Source: Caecitellus pseudoparvulus (lineage: Eukaryota; Protista; Bigyra: Bicosoecida). From it: a stretch of DNA of 64,000 bases. Below the pieces are notes generated by a model that searched no databases, was not told the DNA's origin, and worked only from the letters and a program-made list of their open reading frames with translations. The stretch covers positions 37,774 to 101,773 of the forward strand of contig CBFFRQ010000002.1 of NCBI GenBank assembly GCA_965644315.1, written 5' to 3'. The translations under genes and the position numbers were made by a program. Positions 50,730 to 63,319 of the stretch are shown piece by piece (the first letter of the stretch is position 1; each line of letters opens with the position of its first letter).

Positions 50730-53523
50730 ATGGCCGCCATGACTCCAGCAGCCCGAGGCCCCGACCCGAACCACGACGCCCACGTCATCCCACCTGATGA
50801 TAATGAAGTGCGCTCCGTCAGCATTCCCTACAGCATGAGATGTGCGTGCGCCCTGCGGCGATGTTGCTGAGCACGACTTGTTGCGCCAGATAGCAGCAGC
50901 GCTTGTCGGAACTTCAGCAGCCAACCACGCTCATTCCTCTGACCGATTCATGAACACAGTCATCATTGATGATGCTCATCATGCTGCTCAGGCTATCGCG
51001 GCCGAAGAGGGTTGCACCATCCTGCCCTCGAATGGATGGGTGCGCCACCCTGTGGAGCCAAGTGGCACTCCGGTACAGCTTCTGACGCTGATGACGAGTA
51101 CCGGGAACGACCCGGCAGTGACGTCAGCAGCAGCAGCCAGGATTGTAGAAAGCTTGCAGAGCCTGCACAAGGTTGGCTCTGGGCCTGAGGTGGAACACGA
51201 GGCGAGCTCCGAGCCAGCCCGGCCACCTTCCCTACCAGAAGCAGCCTGTGCTGACCCCAGCGAACCGCCGCTGCCCGCCCGGGGGTCCTTGGCGAAGGAT
51301 GCCGGGAAGCAGCCAGCTTGCTTGCGGGAGCAGGCCGTGTCCTCTGGCACCTTGGACTTGCTGCTGGTACGCCTAGGGCAGCTCCAGGCGACAGGTCCCC
51401 GAGATGAAACTTGGGTTGAGCAATTTGAGGACACTGCTGTCGTGGCTGCTCGCCACGCTGCACGTGAAGCGAAGGCTGAGGCTGCTGCACGCCGCAAGGA
51501 GGAGGGCAGACATGGGGGATTCTGGGCAAAGGGCACAGGGTATGGCTATGCAGGCGCTGCCGGCACGCATTCAGAGTCGGAGTTGGCGGCTGCGGCTGCA
51601 AGACGCCTGGAGCGGCAGGCTGAGTCCATCAAGTTGCTGCAGGAAGTGAAGGCACTCCTGTCACCGCCCCGCAAAGGCCGAGAAGCTGGACAGCTCCTTC
51701 CTGAAGACACGAGCATGCGCCTGGAGAAGTCGTGCTTGCTTCCAGTCTTGCAAGCGTACCTGCGGACGACTGAAATGGACATCTTCGGAGAACCGGGGTT
51801 CTACACAATTGTATACAGCATGATTGTTTGCTTGGCGCAGAACGAGCAGCTCGTGCACCTGCTCGGACCTCTCCCGGGACAAGGGCAGAGCGTGTATGAG
51901 TTGATGAAGGAGCAGGGCGACACAGCCACAGACTATCTAAAAATGGAGGCAGGGGAAGCGTCGAAAGTCAAGGTGTTTAATGTCGCTGAACCGATCTCCC
52001 AGGCCGCCTTTCAAGAGGCCCTGGGTGCAACCCAAGCAGCCATTGACAAAGCTGCAGGCTCCACAAGCGCCACCGCGGTCTCGACACCGGTGGAGCATGT
52101 GCGACTTGTTGGATCAGGTCTGAAGGATGACAGCATAAACTTGAATGTCATGTCACTGCTCTCAGCGACGTCGGCCGTCGTACACAATGCGATGGCGGCC
52201 CACGAGGCTCGCCAAGCTGCAGCTGCCTTGCCCGCGGCAACCGGGGCTGGTGAAGCTTGCCCGTCAGAGGCCGCCTTTGGAAGTGCAGGAGGTGATAGTG
52301 CAGCCCTCAAGGAGCTGTACTGCGAAACTATGAAGAAGCACGCGTTTGGGACGGAGGCGTTTTCGCTGAAGTCAGGCTTCCGCTCCGTCTTCTCCAGCTC
52401 CATCACTTCGGAGGCCAGCAGCATGAAGGCCACCACGACAAAGCGCTGCAAGGCCGAGTTGCGTTCCATGAAGAAGAACTTGCCTTTGAGCTGGGAGTCC
52501 ACGGTGCTGTTGCGCCACGACAAGCGCCGCCCGTACATCATGCAGGCGCTGATCTTCGGCCCCGACAACACCCCATACGACTCAGGGGCCTTCGTCTTCG
52601 ATATTTACTGCAATGCTAACTATCCGAGGACTCCGCCAAACTGTAAGATCATCACGACAGGGGGAGGATCGTTCCGCTTCAACCCCAACCTGTACGCAAG
52701 TGGAAAAGTGTGCCTGAGTCTGTTGGGCACGTGGTCGGGAGGCAGCCGGGCTGAAGAGTGGAACAAGGACACTTCCACTCTGCTGCAGGTGCTCGTCAGC
52801 ATCCAGGCGCTGATCTTGGTTCCCGAACCGGCATTCAACGAGCCAGGGTACGAGCGGCAACGCGGCACGAAGAAAGGTGATGAACTCGTAAGGTATGCAG
52901 TCAATGGTGGGTATGAGAAGCTTCGACGTGGCACAGTCACGTGGGCCATGCTGGATCAACTGAGGAACCCGCCTCCAGGATTCGAAGAGGCTGTCAAGGA
53001 GCACTTCAGGCTGAAGCGCAAGTACATCATGAACCTCATTGAGGGCTGGATCGCGGAAGGGGCTGACTCCACCAACGCATCACACCTCCCCGAGCTTACG
53101 AAGAAGTACGAAGACTTGAAAGTGGAGCTCGCCAAGCTGGGGCCTTCACCTTGTGATGAGGAGGCACCTGCAGCGGCGCCAGCTGGGGGTGGAGCCGTCG
53201 CTGAGCCAGCGAGCGAGGCGGCAGGAGAAGGAACCGATACTACCTCAGCTGATGCTGAGGTTGCGAAGCTGGCAACTTTTTTGGACCTCATGGACATTCT
53301 TGGTGGTACTTATCCGGCAGGGCTCGTCCAACATGCGCTGGAGCAGACGGAGTACAATGTGGACCAAGCAGCTGACTGGGTGTTCTCTTCTGGAGAAGCT
53401 TACCTTGCACAGCACACGGAGCTACTCTCCGTGCCTGATCCCACCAAGGCAGCCAAAACAACAAAAATCCCAGCGGCCGAAGGGAAGGAAGGTGCTGCTG
53501 AAGGCGCAGCTGGCGCACCATAA
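50730..53523 (+). CDS. BIRC6/UBE2O-class ubiquitin-conjugating enzyme (UBC domain) with C-terminal UBA-like domain; no BIR domain seen
   Basis: FWAKGTGYG, LIFGPDNTPY, FRFNPNLYASGKVCLSLLGTW (catalytic Cys 52711-52713), STLLQVLVSIQ..FNEPGYE, and UBA-like VQHALEQTEYNVDQAADW. The 5' end is inferred from exon 50730-50807 plus intron 50808-50889 (GTGCGC..CCAG, phase 0). Alternative ATG at 50950. Confidence 0.85.
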
Positions 53524-55430
53524 GATGCTGCCACTTCAACAAGAGGAACGCTTGCAGCTCAACTATTTGGAGCAAAGAGCTGGGATGACGCAGATTCACT
53601 TGTGCAAGTAAGCATGTGCAGTTTCCCTCTGTATGTTGCTGTTCGACTAAGGTGAAGGCTTGGTGCCAATGCGATCCGGGAGCGAACAGACACATGTCTT
53701 TTCACCTAATCATTAGGTTAGTCAGATGTAATGCATTTCACTTCCACACTTGTTCATGTGCGGTTCAGCTGGAGCTTCACAGTAGATGTTACAAACCGCG
53801 AGGCGGTCACTCACATCAGCATGGCTACCATTTGCATGGCTCTGCAACAAACACAGACTTAAGTCCGTTATATATGTCGCCATGTGCTAGGAATCAATGC
53901 ATTGCAACCTCTTGTTTTCAACCACACTCACCTCACACTTGCTCCTCGAGAGAAGCGGGCTGCGGCGCTCGCTTGCTCAGTACACATATCTTGCACAGAG
54001 CATGGTGAGTCACCATGTAAAGTAAGCTTGTTCTTTTCAGAACATGGTCATTTAATGTTCTTCGTCGTCATTCAGGCGTTCGGCGCCTGTTGGGCGAGCT
54101 GGGCGCGGGTTTCGGCCTTGGCGTGTTGGGGGCGCCGCGGCGACCCCGCGCACACCGCGCCATCCCGCGACCCAAAACGGCCCCGCCGCGCGTTACGACA
54201 CTGGAAATTTCAGAATAACATCGTAGAATGCACTATCAACCCAAAGCAAGCTTTTATCACTCACTTTCTTGCTCCTCTGCTGCGCCACCTCGCCCGGGAG
54301 CGAGGTGGCTTGGCATGGTCCAGGCGGCAGGCGTGGCAGCCGTGTAGCGGGCTCGCCGCGCGAGGTCCGCGGCGGGCTGCCCGCGTTCCACGCCTGCGCC
54401 CTGAAGTTGAGCTTCTACCACGTGATTAAACATGGCCCCACATTACCGAATGCACGTTTTCAGGACTTTCGTCCATCCGGGAGGTGCGGCGACCACCTCG
54501 TGGGGCCAGTAGAAACTTTTGCCGTCTGCGGCACCCCCAGAATTCGGGAGCAACTTTTGCCACAAGGGCCCAACAAATGCCTCCAGTGCCTCAACGGCTT
54601 CCAGTGGGCCCTGGGACAACGTGTGTGCGTGTTTCAAACGCACGCCCTGCTTCATGTGCATTTCGTTGGATCAACACTCAACGGACGGGCAGTGGCTCCA
54701 GCGTTGGGAGAGCAGCCTTTGACACTTTCAATGCAAGCTTCGGGCCAAGCAAGAACTGGTAGTCAGGGGACTCTTGCTGAAGCTTTACTCTTCCGGGCAG
54801 GTTTCGAGGCATGCAGTGCATCGCGTGGCGAACCAGGGGCGAGCGTTGTCTCACCAGGTTGAGGCCGTGCCGCCGCAAAAGCCCACCAAACAAATAATTC
54901 TTGCAATTTTGAAATCTGGTCAGGCTGTATACACATTCCATTGCTATCGTGACTTTTGGTCAGCCATGATTTTGTGGGCAGCGGCTCGCAACAGCTGACG
55001 CTGCTGTTGGGATGAACCAGTCAACCATATCATGAAGCCTGGAAACGAGAGCCCGAGAGCTGGGACAACAGGACGGCGAGCGCGAAGTCTGAGCGCTATA
55101 GAAATTGGTCAGAGATCTGTATTTCTGATATTTATCTGCGAAAAGGGCCAGGGGGCTGTGCAGTGCAGGCAGCTGAGCTGCGGAAATTGGTTGTGCCAGC
55201 CACGACTGGCGCAGTCGATGCTGGAGAAGCTGACGCAGGGAAGGGGTGCCCGCAGCGATGGGCAGATCAATATCATTAGGGAATTGCCTTTTGCGAGGCA
55301 CAACGGCTGTGAATCCCTTCCGATGCCGCTTTTGCCCGGAGAGTTCGCCGCTGTCTGTGAGCTTGCTTGAAGCTGGCGGGTACCACGCCAAGTTAATTGC
55401 GGGGGGTCAGAGGTTCATCTGAGCTCGCCA

Positions 55431-58400
55431 GTGCTTGCATCTGGCAATGGCAAAACAAGGCCTTGGATTTACTCCACTGCCACACTGGGCGCCTTCACGC
55501 CCTCTTCGTCAGCTGCATCCACCCCCAGCAATTCTCCCTCTGTGACGCCATCAGTGACAGCAACTCGCAGCGCAACTCCGTCTTCAAGGCCGCCCGTATG
55601 GCTGTATTCGACTGTGCAGCAAGAAGTGGCCTTGAATGGGCGCACCATCGTTGCAGTACTGCACGATCCAGCGGTGTTGTTAGTTGGTGCCCAGACAGGG
55701 ACCAGTGTTGGCGCACCCCTGTTTCCATCTGACGCAGCAGACGTCGGATCTGCTGCGACACTTGCTGTTTTGAGCGTGCCTTGCATCGATGTGAGGCTTG
55801 CAGCTTGGGGTCCTTGTCTGCCCTCGACTGACTGGTGGAGGGTGACTCGAACCTTTACGTCCACGTTTCCACTCTTGGTCGTCTCCCTTTCCTTGCAGCT
55901 TGGGCCTGCCGCAGTTGATGGGCTGCCACGACTCCCCAGCGCGTACTTGGAGTCAGCTGAGACCTCGGGAGCATTTGACCTTGTGGTTCACGTCCGTGGC
56001 GTCGTGGGCTTGAATGCGACTGCAGTCGTGCCCGTGAAGGTGGTCGACTTGGCCCAAAGTTCAGCGCCACTGCCTTCCATCGCCCCGTCCAGGTCGCCCC
56101 TCGTGCGCCCGTCGAGCAGCAGAACGCCAACGCCAACGACATCCAGCAGTGCGTCCGCCCAGCCAACGAAATCACCCGGTGCCTCCCCCTCGCCCACCGC
56201 CAGCGTCACTCCCCAGCCCCTCCCGTTCCTCACCGCCTTCCCTGTCGAAGCGGCGGCCGCTTTTGAGCTCAACGGCCAGTCTGATGCAAAGTCTCAAGCT
56301 GTCATCGTGTCCAGTGCCGAACACGTGCACTGGGACGCACAGATTTCCTTTCGGGGCCAACAGCAGGGCTGGCTTACGCTGTCTGCATCCCGGAAGGCGC
56401 GACCCCCCACAAACCAAAGCCAACAAGGAGTCGTCTTGACCATGAAGTCTGCGAACCTGCCTCCTGGTCTGCACCGGGCCACTGCCACCTTCCAGGCAAA
56501 CTCGACGGCTTCAAACGAAGTGGCCGGCGGAGCAACTGGGCGACTTCGGGTGGCCGACCTTTTGCCTGTCATCGTGCAGGTTTCATTGCGGGTCATCGCG
56601 CCGATCTCGGACTTACGGCCTCGCGTGGTGGAGCGCTATGTCATCCCAGGCGGCAACAGCACCCAACAGCTTCTTCTGCGAAACGTTGGATCTGGCACCT
56701 TGACCTGGACACTTGGCCATGCAGACGCTAGCTTGGCTCCATGGCTCGCTGTGTGTTCCCCGGCAGGTGTGTGTGGCCACGCTGGAGGCACCGGCTCCGA
56801 CATTGCTTCCGTGCTTGCCAGTGAACAGGGCGTCGTTTCGGTTGGATCCTTGCGCGAAGAGTCAGGGGTGCTGCAGGGGTCTCTTGGCGTGGGTGAGCGC
56901 GTGCTCCTCACAGTGTGGCTGGTTTCTCCAGGTGCAGCTGTCAGCGGACTGTTTTCGAGCACCCTGCGCTTGCGCACGAACGAGTACGATGGCATGTCCA
57001 AAGCTGGGCAGCTTGATCAGGTGCTGCCGGTGACCATGCGCTCCACGCTGCTTTCTGTGGCCCCTGGCACCGTGTCGCTGACAGTGGCGCCAAGCAAAGA
57101 AGCCTCCGGCATCGCCATCCTGCAAACGTTGGCATCCTTCGCTGATCTACACGTGCAAGTGGTACCGTCGCAGGGCACCTTGTCCACAGCCACATGGCTG
57201 CAAACAACCACGACAAAGGATGAGCTCTTGCTGCCTGCTTCCACTGGGCAACTGGGGGTGCCAGTCAGCGTCGTGCATGGGGGCGAGCTTTGTCTTGGGC
57301 CACGGCCACCAATTGGACTTTTGTGCGGCAGCGGAGAGCTTGCGGCAACAATCCTGGTGCGCATCACTGCATCCGTGGCAGAAGGTGCGTCAGGTGCGAC
57401 AGACGTGGCCGCACTGGCCGCATACGAAGAAATCCGGGCCATCTCTGTGCGAGTACAGGTGCGCAGCGGAGGGGCGTTCTCGCACACGAGTAGATTCATG
57501 CTGCTCGATGCATTTTCGTTGCCCAAATGCGCTGATCGCGAAGTGATCACCATTCAGTCTGCCTTGAGCGGGCAACGCAACATGTCCATGGTGGATGCCT
57601 CAGCGCCTGGAGGGACAATCATTGTGTCCGGGCGGCAGCAAGTGGGGCTCTTGCTTGATGCCCGAGATGCCGCAAGTCGCGAAGTGGAGTCCCTCGTTGA
57701 GTTACCGCAAGTGCGACAGTTAGTGACTGGCAAAGCCGACCTGACTGTCGGGCTCGCCGCGCTGGACGAAGGGCGTGCCGTGCTGCAAGTCCAACCATCT
57801 CGGCCACAGACTACGCTGCTCACATCCTCTATCTCTGGGCAAGCCATGTATCCGTATCTGTCACGGGGTGCAGTGGCTGTGCCTGCTGTGGTAGTGAGCC
57901 CAACGTGCCGCACCGACAGCGAGGTGCTGGCTGACTCGCAAATGGACTGCATTTGTGCTACTGGCTGGCAGCGCCGCCAGAGCACCAATGACACTTCTGG
58001 GCTTCGTTGTGAACGCTGCCCTCCTGGAACAATCCGTGCCAATGTTGAAAACCAAGAGGCTGCATGCACGCAGTGCCCTGGCGGCACCTTCGCCAACCTG
58101 GCCCAGACCAAGTGCTTGCAGTGCCCCTTGAACGGCGTCAGCTGCGCTGCTGGGCAGTTCAGGCCTCGCCCGGGTTTCTGGTGTGACACCTGTGTGACCG
58201 ATGCGTCCATGGTGCCATCACACCCCAAGCTGCAGGAAAGGTACTGGAGCAAGCTGAAAGATGTGGCCAGTGCCGAGTTGCAGGGTGACACAACCAGCGC
58301 TGATTCGCCCGCGAGACGGCGTCTGCAAGCACTTGTGAATGAGACAGCTGAGTTGCAGGCCGCAGTCGCAGGGAAAGCGGTTCTTTACGCCGGTGCGAGC

Positions 58401-60470
58401 ATCCTTCAGTGCACGCCTCCAGATGCGTGCAGGCTTGTAGCGAACTCGAGTGGCATCTCCTGTGTGCCTGGGCACAGGGGCATCCTCTGTGGCGAGTGTG
58501 CTGAAGGCTGGGCGAGGTCCAGCCCACAGCTGCTCTGTGTGAAGTGCCCCGATGACAGTTTTGGCTTCCTGCAGAGCATCGGCTCCTGGCTTTTGTTCAC
58601 GGGGCTCCTCGTGTACTTGGCCCTGCGCACGAGTGATCGGGAGAGCAAGGAGGGTCAAAGCAGGGGACTGATCATTGGGGTGTTCCGTGTCATGACCGGA
58701 TGGGCCCAGATGTACGCAGTGCTGCTGAGTACCCGCTTGCCTCCTGAAAGCGCGTTAGATGGCATCATGGCGTGGCTCTCCTCTGTGTCAGTCGGCGTCA
58801 GCACCAACCCGGTGCCTGCCCAGTGCGCCTTGCGCACAGACATGTACACTCGCTTCTTCATCACCTTGAGCATACCCATTGCTGCAATGAGCATTCCGTT
58901 GATCGTAGCGGGTGTGACCAGCATCTTGCAGCGGCAAAGCCAAGCAGTGCTGCAGGCTGCTGCTGAGAGGTATGCTGAGGAGAAGGGTGGGGGCTCAGTT
59001 GGCGGGGAAGGCGTTGCCGAGTCTGGGGCAGTGGCCCCGCAGCCTCTTGCCGCTTCCACTCCTCCCAAGAAAGACGGTGCTTTGGTTGATGATACTTTGG
59101 CCTTCCCTGCGCCAAAAACCCTGGTGTCTCCAACTTCCAGGCCTTCCGCGCTGGTTCCAAGGTCCACCTCATTCCAAGACGACACAGGCCCGACCGACCC
59201 ATCTCCAGCAGCGAGATGGACATCTGCGTGGGCTGACTTGGACGATCTGGCCGAGGCTGATGAAGAGTCGGAAGGCTCGGTCGTCATTGATATGCGCAAG
59301 CCCCGATCAAGCCGCAGCCAGGCTGCAGCGTAGGTTGAAGCAGCTGTGATGCCTGGCGCACCGCCGGCCCACCCTGCAAGCATGCGCTCTGAGGAGAAAG
59401 CTGTGCTGGCAAAGACTGTGGATCTCTTCAAGCAGCGGGCGAGGTGTGCTGAGCAAGCGTATCGCGCAGCCTTCATCCTGCTCTTGCTGGTGCACTTCCC
59501 TGTTGTCGAGGCATGTCTGCGCATGCTGGACACGTACAACTTCCGCATCCTGGGCTTCCTGTTCCTCCGTTCAGATGTCGCACACGGAAGCATGGACTCC
59601 ATGTTCCAGACCGCCCAGCTCGCAGCATACCTTGGCTTGCTGGTGTGGGGCGTCGGCATCCCGGCCGGCAGCGCCTGTCTCGTATGCCGCCACAGGCACC
59701 ATGTCTACAAGCACAGCGTGAAGGCAGTGTACGGTGCGGTGTATGAAGGGTTCAGAATTCCCCGTGCGCACTCTGAGGACTCACCCCGCAAAGAAGAAGA
59801 CGAGCACAACTTCTGGTACTGGGAGTTGCTGGTCGTGCTGCCACGGAAAGTGCTCCTTGCTGCAGTCGCTATCACCGTGCGCAATGCCGAGCTGCAAGCA
59901 GCGCTGATCTGCCTCGTGCTGTCAGCTTCCCTTGTCGTCCATGTTGCATCCTTGCCGTACGAGGCCACGCTGATGAATGCTGTGGAAACCGCAGCACTGA
60001 CCGCCATTTGTGTGTCTGCCTTCGGAGGCCTGGCGCTGGGCGACGAACTTCTGGTCGGGGAGAAGACGGAGTTCCTGCTGCAGGGCGCCATCTTCCTAGC
60101 CAGCACACTGTTCTTGGCCATGACCTTCCTCCTCCTGCTCGGCGCAGGCGTCGCCACCCTGCGTACGCGGCACGCTGCAGTCTTTGACTGGCTGAAGCTG
60201 TACCTGCAGCAATCGCCGACGCATTCACACTTGAAGCACGTCCCACACCCAGGCCTCTGGTGCTGCACGTTTGGACCACGCAGGAGCGCAGCGGCCTGCA
60301 TTGTGCTCGGCAATTGCATTTCTGTGGATAAGGCAATCGCCCTCTCGCGTGATGTGGCCATGGTGCGGGAAGCTGGCCTGCGCCAGGAAGCAGAGGACTC
60401 GAGTGTGGAGACCCCGGCCTCTCGCACCAAGTCTCCCTTGGTCGTACGCCCTCCCATTGCTCGCTCTTAA
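55431..60470 (+). pseudogene. Large multi-pass membrane protein gene (Ser/Thr/Pro stalks, BACON/Ig-like domains, TNFR/ephrin-receptor-like Cys repeats, ~9 TM TRP-like C-terminus) interrupted by an in-frame TAG at 59331-59333; could be functional if spliced or mis-sequenced
   Basis: ORFs 55431-59333 and 59346-60470 are in the same frame, separated only by TAG. Motifs: CERCPPGT, CTQCPGGTF, CVPGHRGILCGECAEGW; 3 TMs before the stop and ~6 after, including YGAVYEGF..WYWELL..PRKVLL..LPY. No ATG or signal peptide found at the 5' end. Confidence 0.65.
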
Positions 60471-60980
60471 GGAAAGAATGGAAAGAGAGGGTGACATGGG
60501 CTGCAAAATGCACACACTCGTTTGCCTGGCTTGGTGGCAGGCACATTGTAGTACACGGTAGGTCGATTAGCTGTAAACTTCTCCTGGCTCCTTGGAGCAC
60601 TGCCGATGGCAGACGAAAAACTGCATAGATTGTCTTGCGACGTGCAACTGATCTCGGTGAAGACTAGGAAGTGGAGCGATATCTAGAGGACTATGAAGGT
60701 GTTTGAGTTGAAAAGAGAGTGAACTGTCCAGCTCGAAGAAGCTGTGGATGCAGCACAAGGCGATAGGCACAAGGGGCAGCAAACGCCACTGCCTCGGCTG
60801 ACACTTGGAGCAGCTACGGTGCGTGAGGAAAACGCGGAAGCCCAGGTGCCGTTCATGTTCAAAACTGGAATGTGAAAGTGCAACTTAGAATTTGACCCTG
60901 GTCGGCCTGCTGGAGCCTTGCTCCTTCCACAGCGCGGAGGTGCATCGAGGCCACATGTGCGGAATCTGCGCCGCAACGCC

Positions 60981-62480
60981 ATGGCGAGTGAGGCGGAAGA
61001 TGCCGGTGCCGTGGGAGAGTGGAGGGCTGCTTGCACAGGTGGTGACGTAACCACACTGATGGACATGCTCCACGGATCAAAGGCGAGTGCAGAGTCTGTG
61101 CTTGGGGCTCTGACAGGGGACGACATTACCGCTGGCTTTCTGAGAGCATGTGCAGCAGGGCACGTTGGCCTGTTGCGAGCACTGCTGGCCGTGGAGGAAG
61201 AGGCAGGCCTGGATGTCCATGCAGGTGATGAGAATGGCCCTGAGGCGGGTTTTCGATTGGCTTGCTGGAATGGGCATGTGGAGACGGTGCGGGAGCTGCT
61301 TGCGCTGAGCGGGGAAAGGGCCGTGGATGTGCACGCTGGGGATGAAGACGGGCCTGAGTTTGCCTTTCGAGCGGCCAGTTCTGAGGGCCACCTGGATGTT
61401 GTTTGCGAGCTACTGCGTCTGGGTAGCGACCGTGCAGTGGACGTGCGCGCTGGGGACTCGGCTGGGCCTGAGGCTGCCTTCCGAGCCGCGTGCTTGCATG
61501 GCCACTTGGATGTTGTGCGTGTGTTGCTGCGGCTTGATGGGGACCGTGAGATTGATGTGCATGTGGGAGATGAAGATGGGCCTGAGGCCCCCTTTCGGTA
61601 CGCGTGTGCACGGGGCCATGTTGGTGTGGTGCGCGAACTCCTGGCGCTCACAGGCCACCGCGTTGTGGACGTGCACGCTGGAGATTGGGAGGGACCAGAG
61701 GCTGGCTTTCGGAGGGCATGTCAGCACGGCCATGGTGCTGTAGTTCGCGAGCTGCTGGCTCTCACTGGTGATCGGCAGGTAGACGTGCACGCATGTGACG
61801 AGGAAGGGGCTGAAGCTGGCTTTCGGTCTGCATGTGCAGGAGGACATGAGACTGTCGTGCGAGACTTGCTCGCCCTTTCTGGCGAGCTGGCCGTGGATGT
61901 ACATGCAGGGGATGCTGATGGGCCTGAGTCTGCCTTTCGGCTCGCTTGCCGGTATGGCCACGCAATCGTTGTGCGTTTGCTGTTGGCGTTGCCAGCGGAG
62001 TGTGCGGTGGATATCCACGCGGGAGACAGAGTTGGGCCCGAGTATGGCTTCCGATGGGCTTGCTACCTTGGCCACTTGGCCGTGCTGCGCGAGTTACTTG
62101 GCGTGGTTGGCGACGGGGCGATTGATGTTCACGTTGCAGATGGGACTGGGCCAGAGGTTGGTTTTCGGAGTGCTTGCGAGCGCGGCCACGTGCAAGTGGT
62201 GCGCGAGCTGTTGGCCCTCACAGGACAAAGAGCTGTGGATGTCCATGTGGGAAGCTGGGACGGCCCTGACGTGGGCTTCCGCATGGCGTGCAGGAATGGC
62301 CACTCGCACGTGGTGCGAGAGTTGATGGGGCTCACAGGCAGCCGGGCCATGCCACGGGAAGCTGCAGCGTTGGCGGGGGACACTGCCCTGCAGGCAGGGA
62401 AGGACGCTGCTTGGTGCGGAACAAGCACGAGAAGTGGGAGGCGCCATTTTCTACTCCTCAGGGCAGCTTGCGGGCGGTGA
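60981..62480 (+). CDS. Ankyrin-like repeat protein, paralog 3 (11 repeats of 38 aa)
   Basis: ATG at 60981 (GCCATGG context). Colinear with paralog 2, including the N-cap GEWxAAC and the C-terminal KDAAW motif. Confidence 0.88.
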   Translation: MASEAEDAGAVGEWRAACTGGDVTTLMDMLHGSKASAESVLGALTGDDITAGFLRACAAGHVGLLRALLAVEEEAGLDVHAGDENGPEAGFRLACWNGHVETVRELLALSGERAVDVHAGDEDGPEFAFRAASSEGHLDVVCELLRLGSDRAVDVRAGDSAGPEAAFRAACLHGHLDVVRVLLRLDGDREIDVHVGDEDGPEAPFRYACARGHVGVVRELLALTGHRVVDVHAGDWEGPEAGFRRACQHGHGAVVRELLALTGDRQVDVHACDEEGAEAGFRSACAGGHETVVRDLLALSGELAVDVHAGDADGPESAFRLACRYGHAIVVRLLLALPAECAVDIHAGDRVGPEYGFRWACYLGHLAVLRELLGVVGDGAIDVHVADGTGPEVGFRSACERGHVQVVRELLALTGQRAVDVHVGSWDGPDVGFRMACRNGHSHVVRELMGLTGSRAMPREAAALAGDTALQAGKDAAWCGTSTRSGRRHFLLLRAACGR

Positions 62481-63319
62481 TGTTTACATGTGGTCGTCGG
62501 TCCTGGCTGCAGAGTTCAGTTCTGGGTGGCTGAGGCATTGTGAAGAGTATTTGTAGGCTTTGGCCGGATGATGCAGGTGAACGTGATCAACAGTTGAAGA
62601 CAGCAAGCTGCAGAACTCGCGAGACTGACAGAGGCTCCTGTGGCACGTTTTGAGGTCTGAACTTGAGGGGATTCCAACCTGCCAACCTTCAACTGGGTCG
62701 GGGTGCAGCGGCAGCTTCAGCGCCTTTAGCGATGTCGCTGGGCCCTTCGACGACCACGCCTTGGCAGCGCCGTGGGATGGCCGCGAAGTGTGGGACCACT
62801 TTGGGCCGGAGTCGATAATGCGGGGGGAAGCACGGCGTGAGGCGCATCGTGCCTCTTCCTCTAGGTGCTGCAACAGCCTGCTGCTGGGACGCACCCCCAG
62901 CATGTCGCCCCAGCCACTGCTGCCATGTAGCCCACGCGGGGCTGTTGAAGGATCCATTTTGTGTCACGGTGTGCGGAAGGTTGCCTAAATAATCTGAATG
63001 GTGCGGTGATAGCTAGAGCTGACGGATGTGGAAGGTCGAGCTGCGGCTCACGCAGCGTCCCTCATCGTCGCCTGAAGCTTCAATAGGTTCCCATGCTGTG
63101 AACCAAGTCATGAGCTTCCGTTGCTTCCACACTTTCTTCTGATCAAGGCGGGTGGACAGCGCTGCATGGTGACGGAGACGTGTTGCGGTGCTCTCCGCAA
63201 CCTTCCCTGCAGCACCAAGCTGTATCGAAGCCAACGTTGCACTGTGCGGACTCAGTCTGTAGCTGAATGATGTCAACATTCCTTATCGCATTACGAAAAC
63301 CTCTGTTGAAGACACTACG

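Noticed and set aside
54001-54017. Palindrome CATGGTGA-G-TCACCATG around an AP-1-like TGAGTCA
   Set aside because: About one 8-bp-arm palindrome with this spacing is expected by chance in 64 kb, and there is no other support.
54269-55430. Possible upstream exons of the multi-TM gene (STLNGRAVAPAL resembles VALNGRTIVAVL)
   Set aside because: The similarity is short, and I could not build a consistent splice model or find a signal peptide.
44500-62350. 114-nt periodic repeats as a CRISPR array or satellite
   Set aside because: They are in-frame protein repeats with synonymous variation and no repeat-spacer structure, in eukaryotic DNA.
62484-63279. Minus-strand ORF fragments as a decayed retroelement
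   Set aside because: No RT, RNase H, integrase or recombinase motif and no terminal repeats were recognisable.
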